A stretch of 63,900 nucleotides of DNA, counting the filler, from Choristocarpus tenellus KU-1152 (Eukaryota; Protista; Phaeophyceae): NCBI GenBank assembly GCA_964200185.2. It is 13 parts of 13 records of this genome, joined end to end, with 100 filler letters (N's around TTAATTAATTAA, not from the genome) between each part and the next. Parts side by side here need not be neighbours in the genome. Positions count along the whole stretch, not along the records: positions 60,953 to 63,900 come from CAXNAD020023444.1; 12 more parts are not named here. The stretch is one strand, 5' to 3'. Positions 63,370 through 63,900 of the stretch are shown here, piece by piece (within the stretch, counting starts at the first letter, position 1; the number at the start of each line of letters is the position of its first letter). The translations under genes and the position numbers were made by a program. The notes under the pieces are model-generated. The model searched no databases, was not told the DNA's origin, and worked only from the letters and a program-made list of their open reading frames with translations.

Positions 63370-63732
63370 TCAAACCCTCCTCCTGAAGATTACAGCCACC
63401 AATATAGTCACTGCCACAGCCAAAGCAGCAGCTCCCCACTGAACCCAGCCCCACCCCTCCTCTTCCTCCACCCCTGCCCCATATTCATTTCCATCCTCTC
63501 CTTGGTCTGCTTGTTCAAAGACCCTCGCAAACAGCGCAACGGTAGCAGCAGCGGATGCAGCAGCAGAACCACCAGAAGGTTCAGACACAGAGGAGGAAGC
63601 AACAGTGGTAGCTGCAGAATTGCCACGAGACAAACGACCCTGTTTTTGGTCTGTAACATGCCCATCCCGTCTTTGCAACCAACACTCAATATTTTCCGTG
63701 TCTGAGGCGGAAGACACCGCCTTCTCAATCAC
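63370..63732 (-). CDS. Terminal exon of a probable tail-anchored membrane protein
   Basis: Acceptor ctactgatcccgtgtag| opens a 120-codon frame ending WGAAALAVAVTILVAVIFRRRV-stop (C-terminal TMD plus basic tail). Confidence 0.7.
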   Translation of the reverse strand: MIEKAVSSASDTENIECWLQRRDGHVTDQKQGRLSRGNSAATTVASSSVSEPSGGSAAASAAATVALFARVFEQADQGEDGNEYGAGVEEEEGWGWVQWGAAALAVAVTILVAVIFRRRV

Positions 63733-63900
63733 CTACACGGGATCAGTAGGGGTACGTGACATGTAAGAGGGGAAGTTGTAAAGGGCAGAAGGGAGTGTTA
63801 GGTTGGTGGGGGGGGGGGGGATGAGTGTGACATGTAAGGGTGTACCTTTGATAGAGTTGAGAGTACATAGGGTGGGTTTTAGATAATTGAATGGCAAAGA

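Overview
This is eukaryotic nuclear DNA, not one locus. It consists of 13 short contigs joined by twelve artificial 100-nt spacers (N44-TTAATTAATTAA-N44), so neighbourhood inferences are valid only within a contig. The GT-AG introns, a phaeophyte-type Cys-rich repeat, and stramenopile-style PPR and ankyrin repeats point to a brown alga or close relative (inference). Host genes or fragments: a multi-Tudor SPF30/SMNDC1-like splicing factor, an intronless 22-repeat PPR protein, a Cys-rich repeat gene whose exons the ORF track misses, two ankyrin-repeat genes, V-ATPase subunit E, the last exon of a tail-anchored protein, and tRNA-Trp(CCA). Much of the rest is decayed mobile DNA: copia and gypsy relics, solo LTRs, a SINE-like family, three MITE families and a Tc1 fragment. 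Two observations stand out. (1) A frameshifted, non-host-like family B DNA polymerase relic carries apparent spliceosomal intron signals and lies next to a P-loop NTPase relic; this is a candidate endogenous large-DNA-virus remnant. (2) The PPR code predicts an almost pure oligo-pyrimidine target. A degraded Upf1-like SF1 helicase is also present. No intact new system can be demonstrated from the sequence alone.
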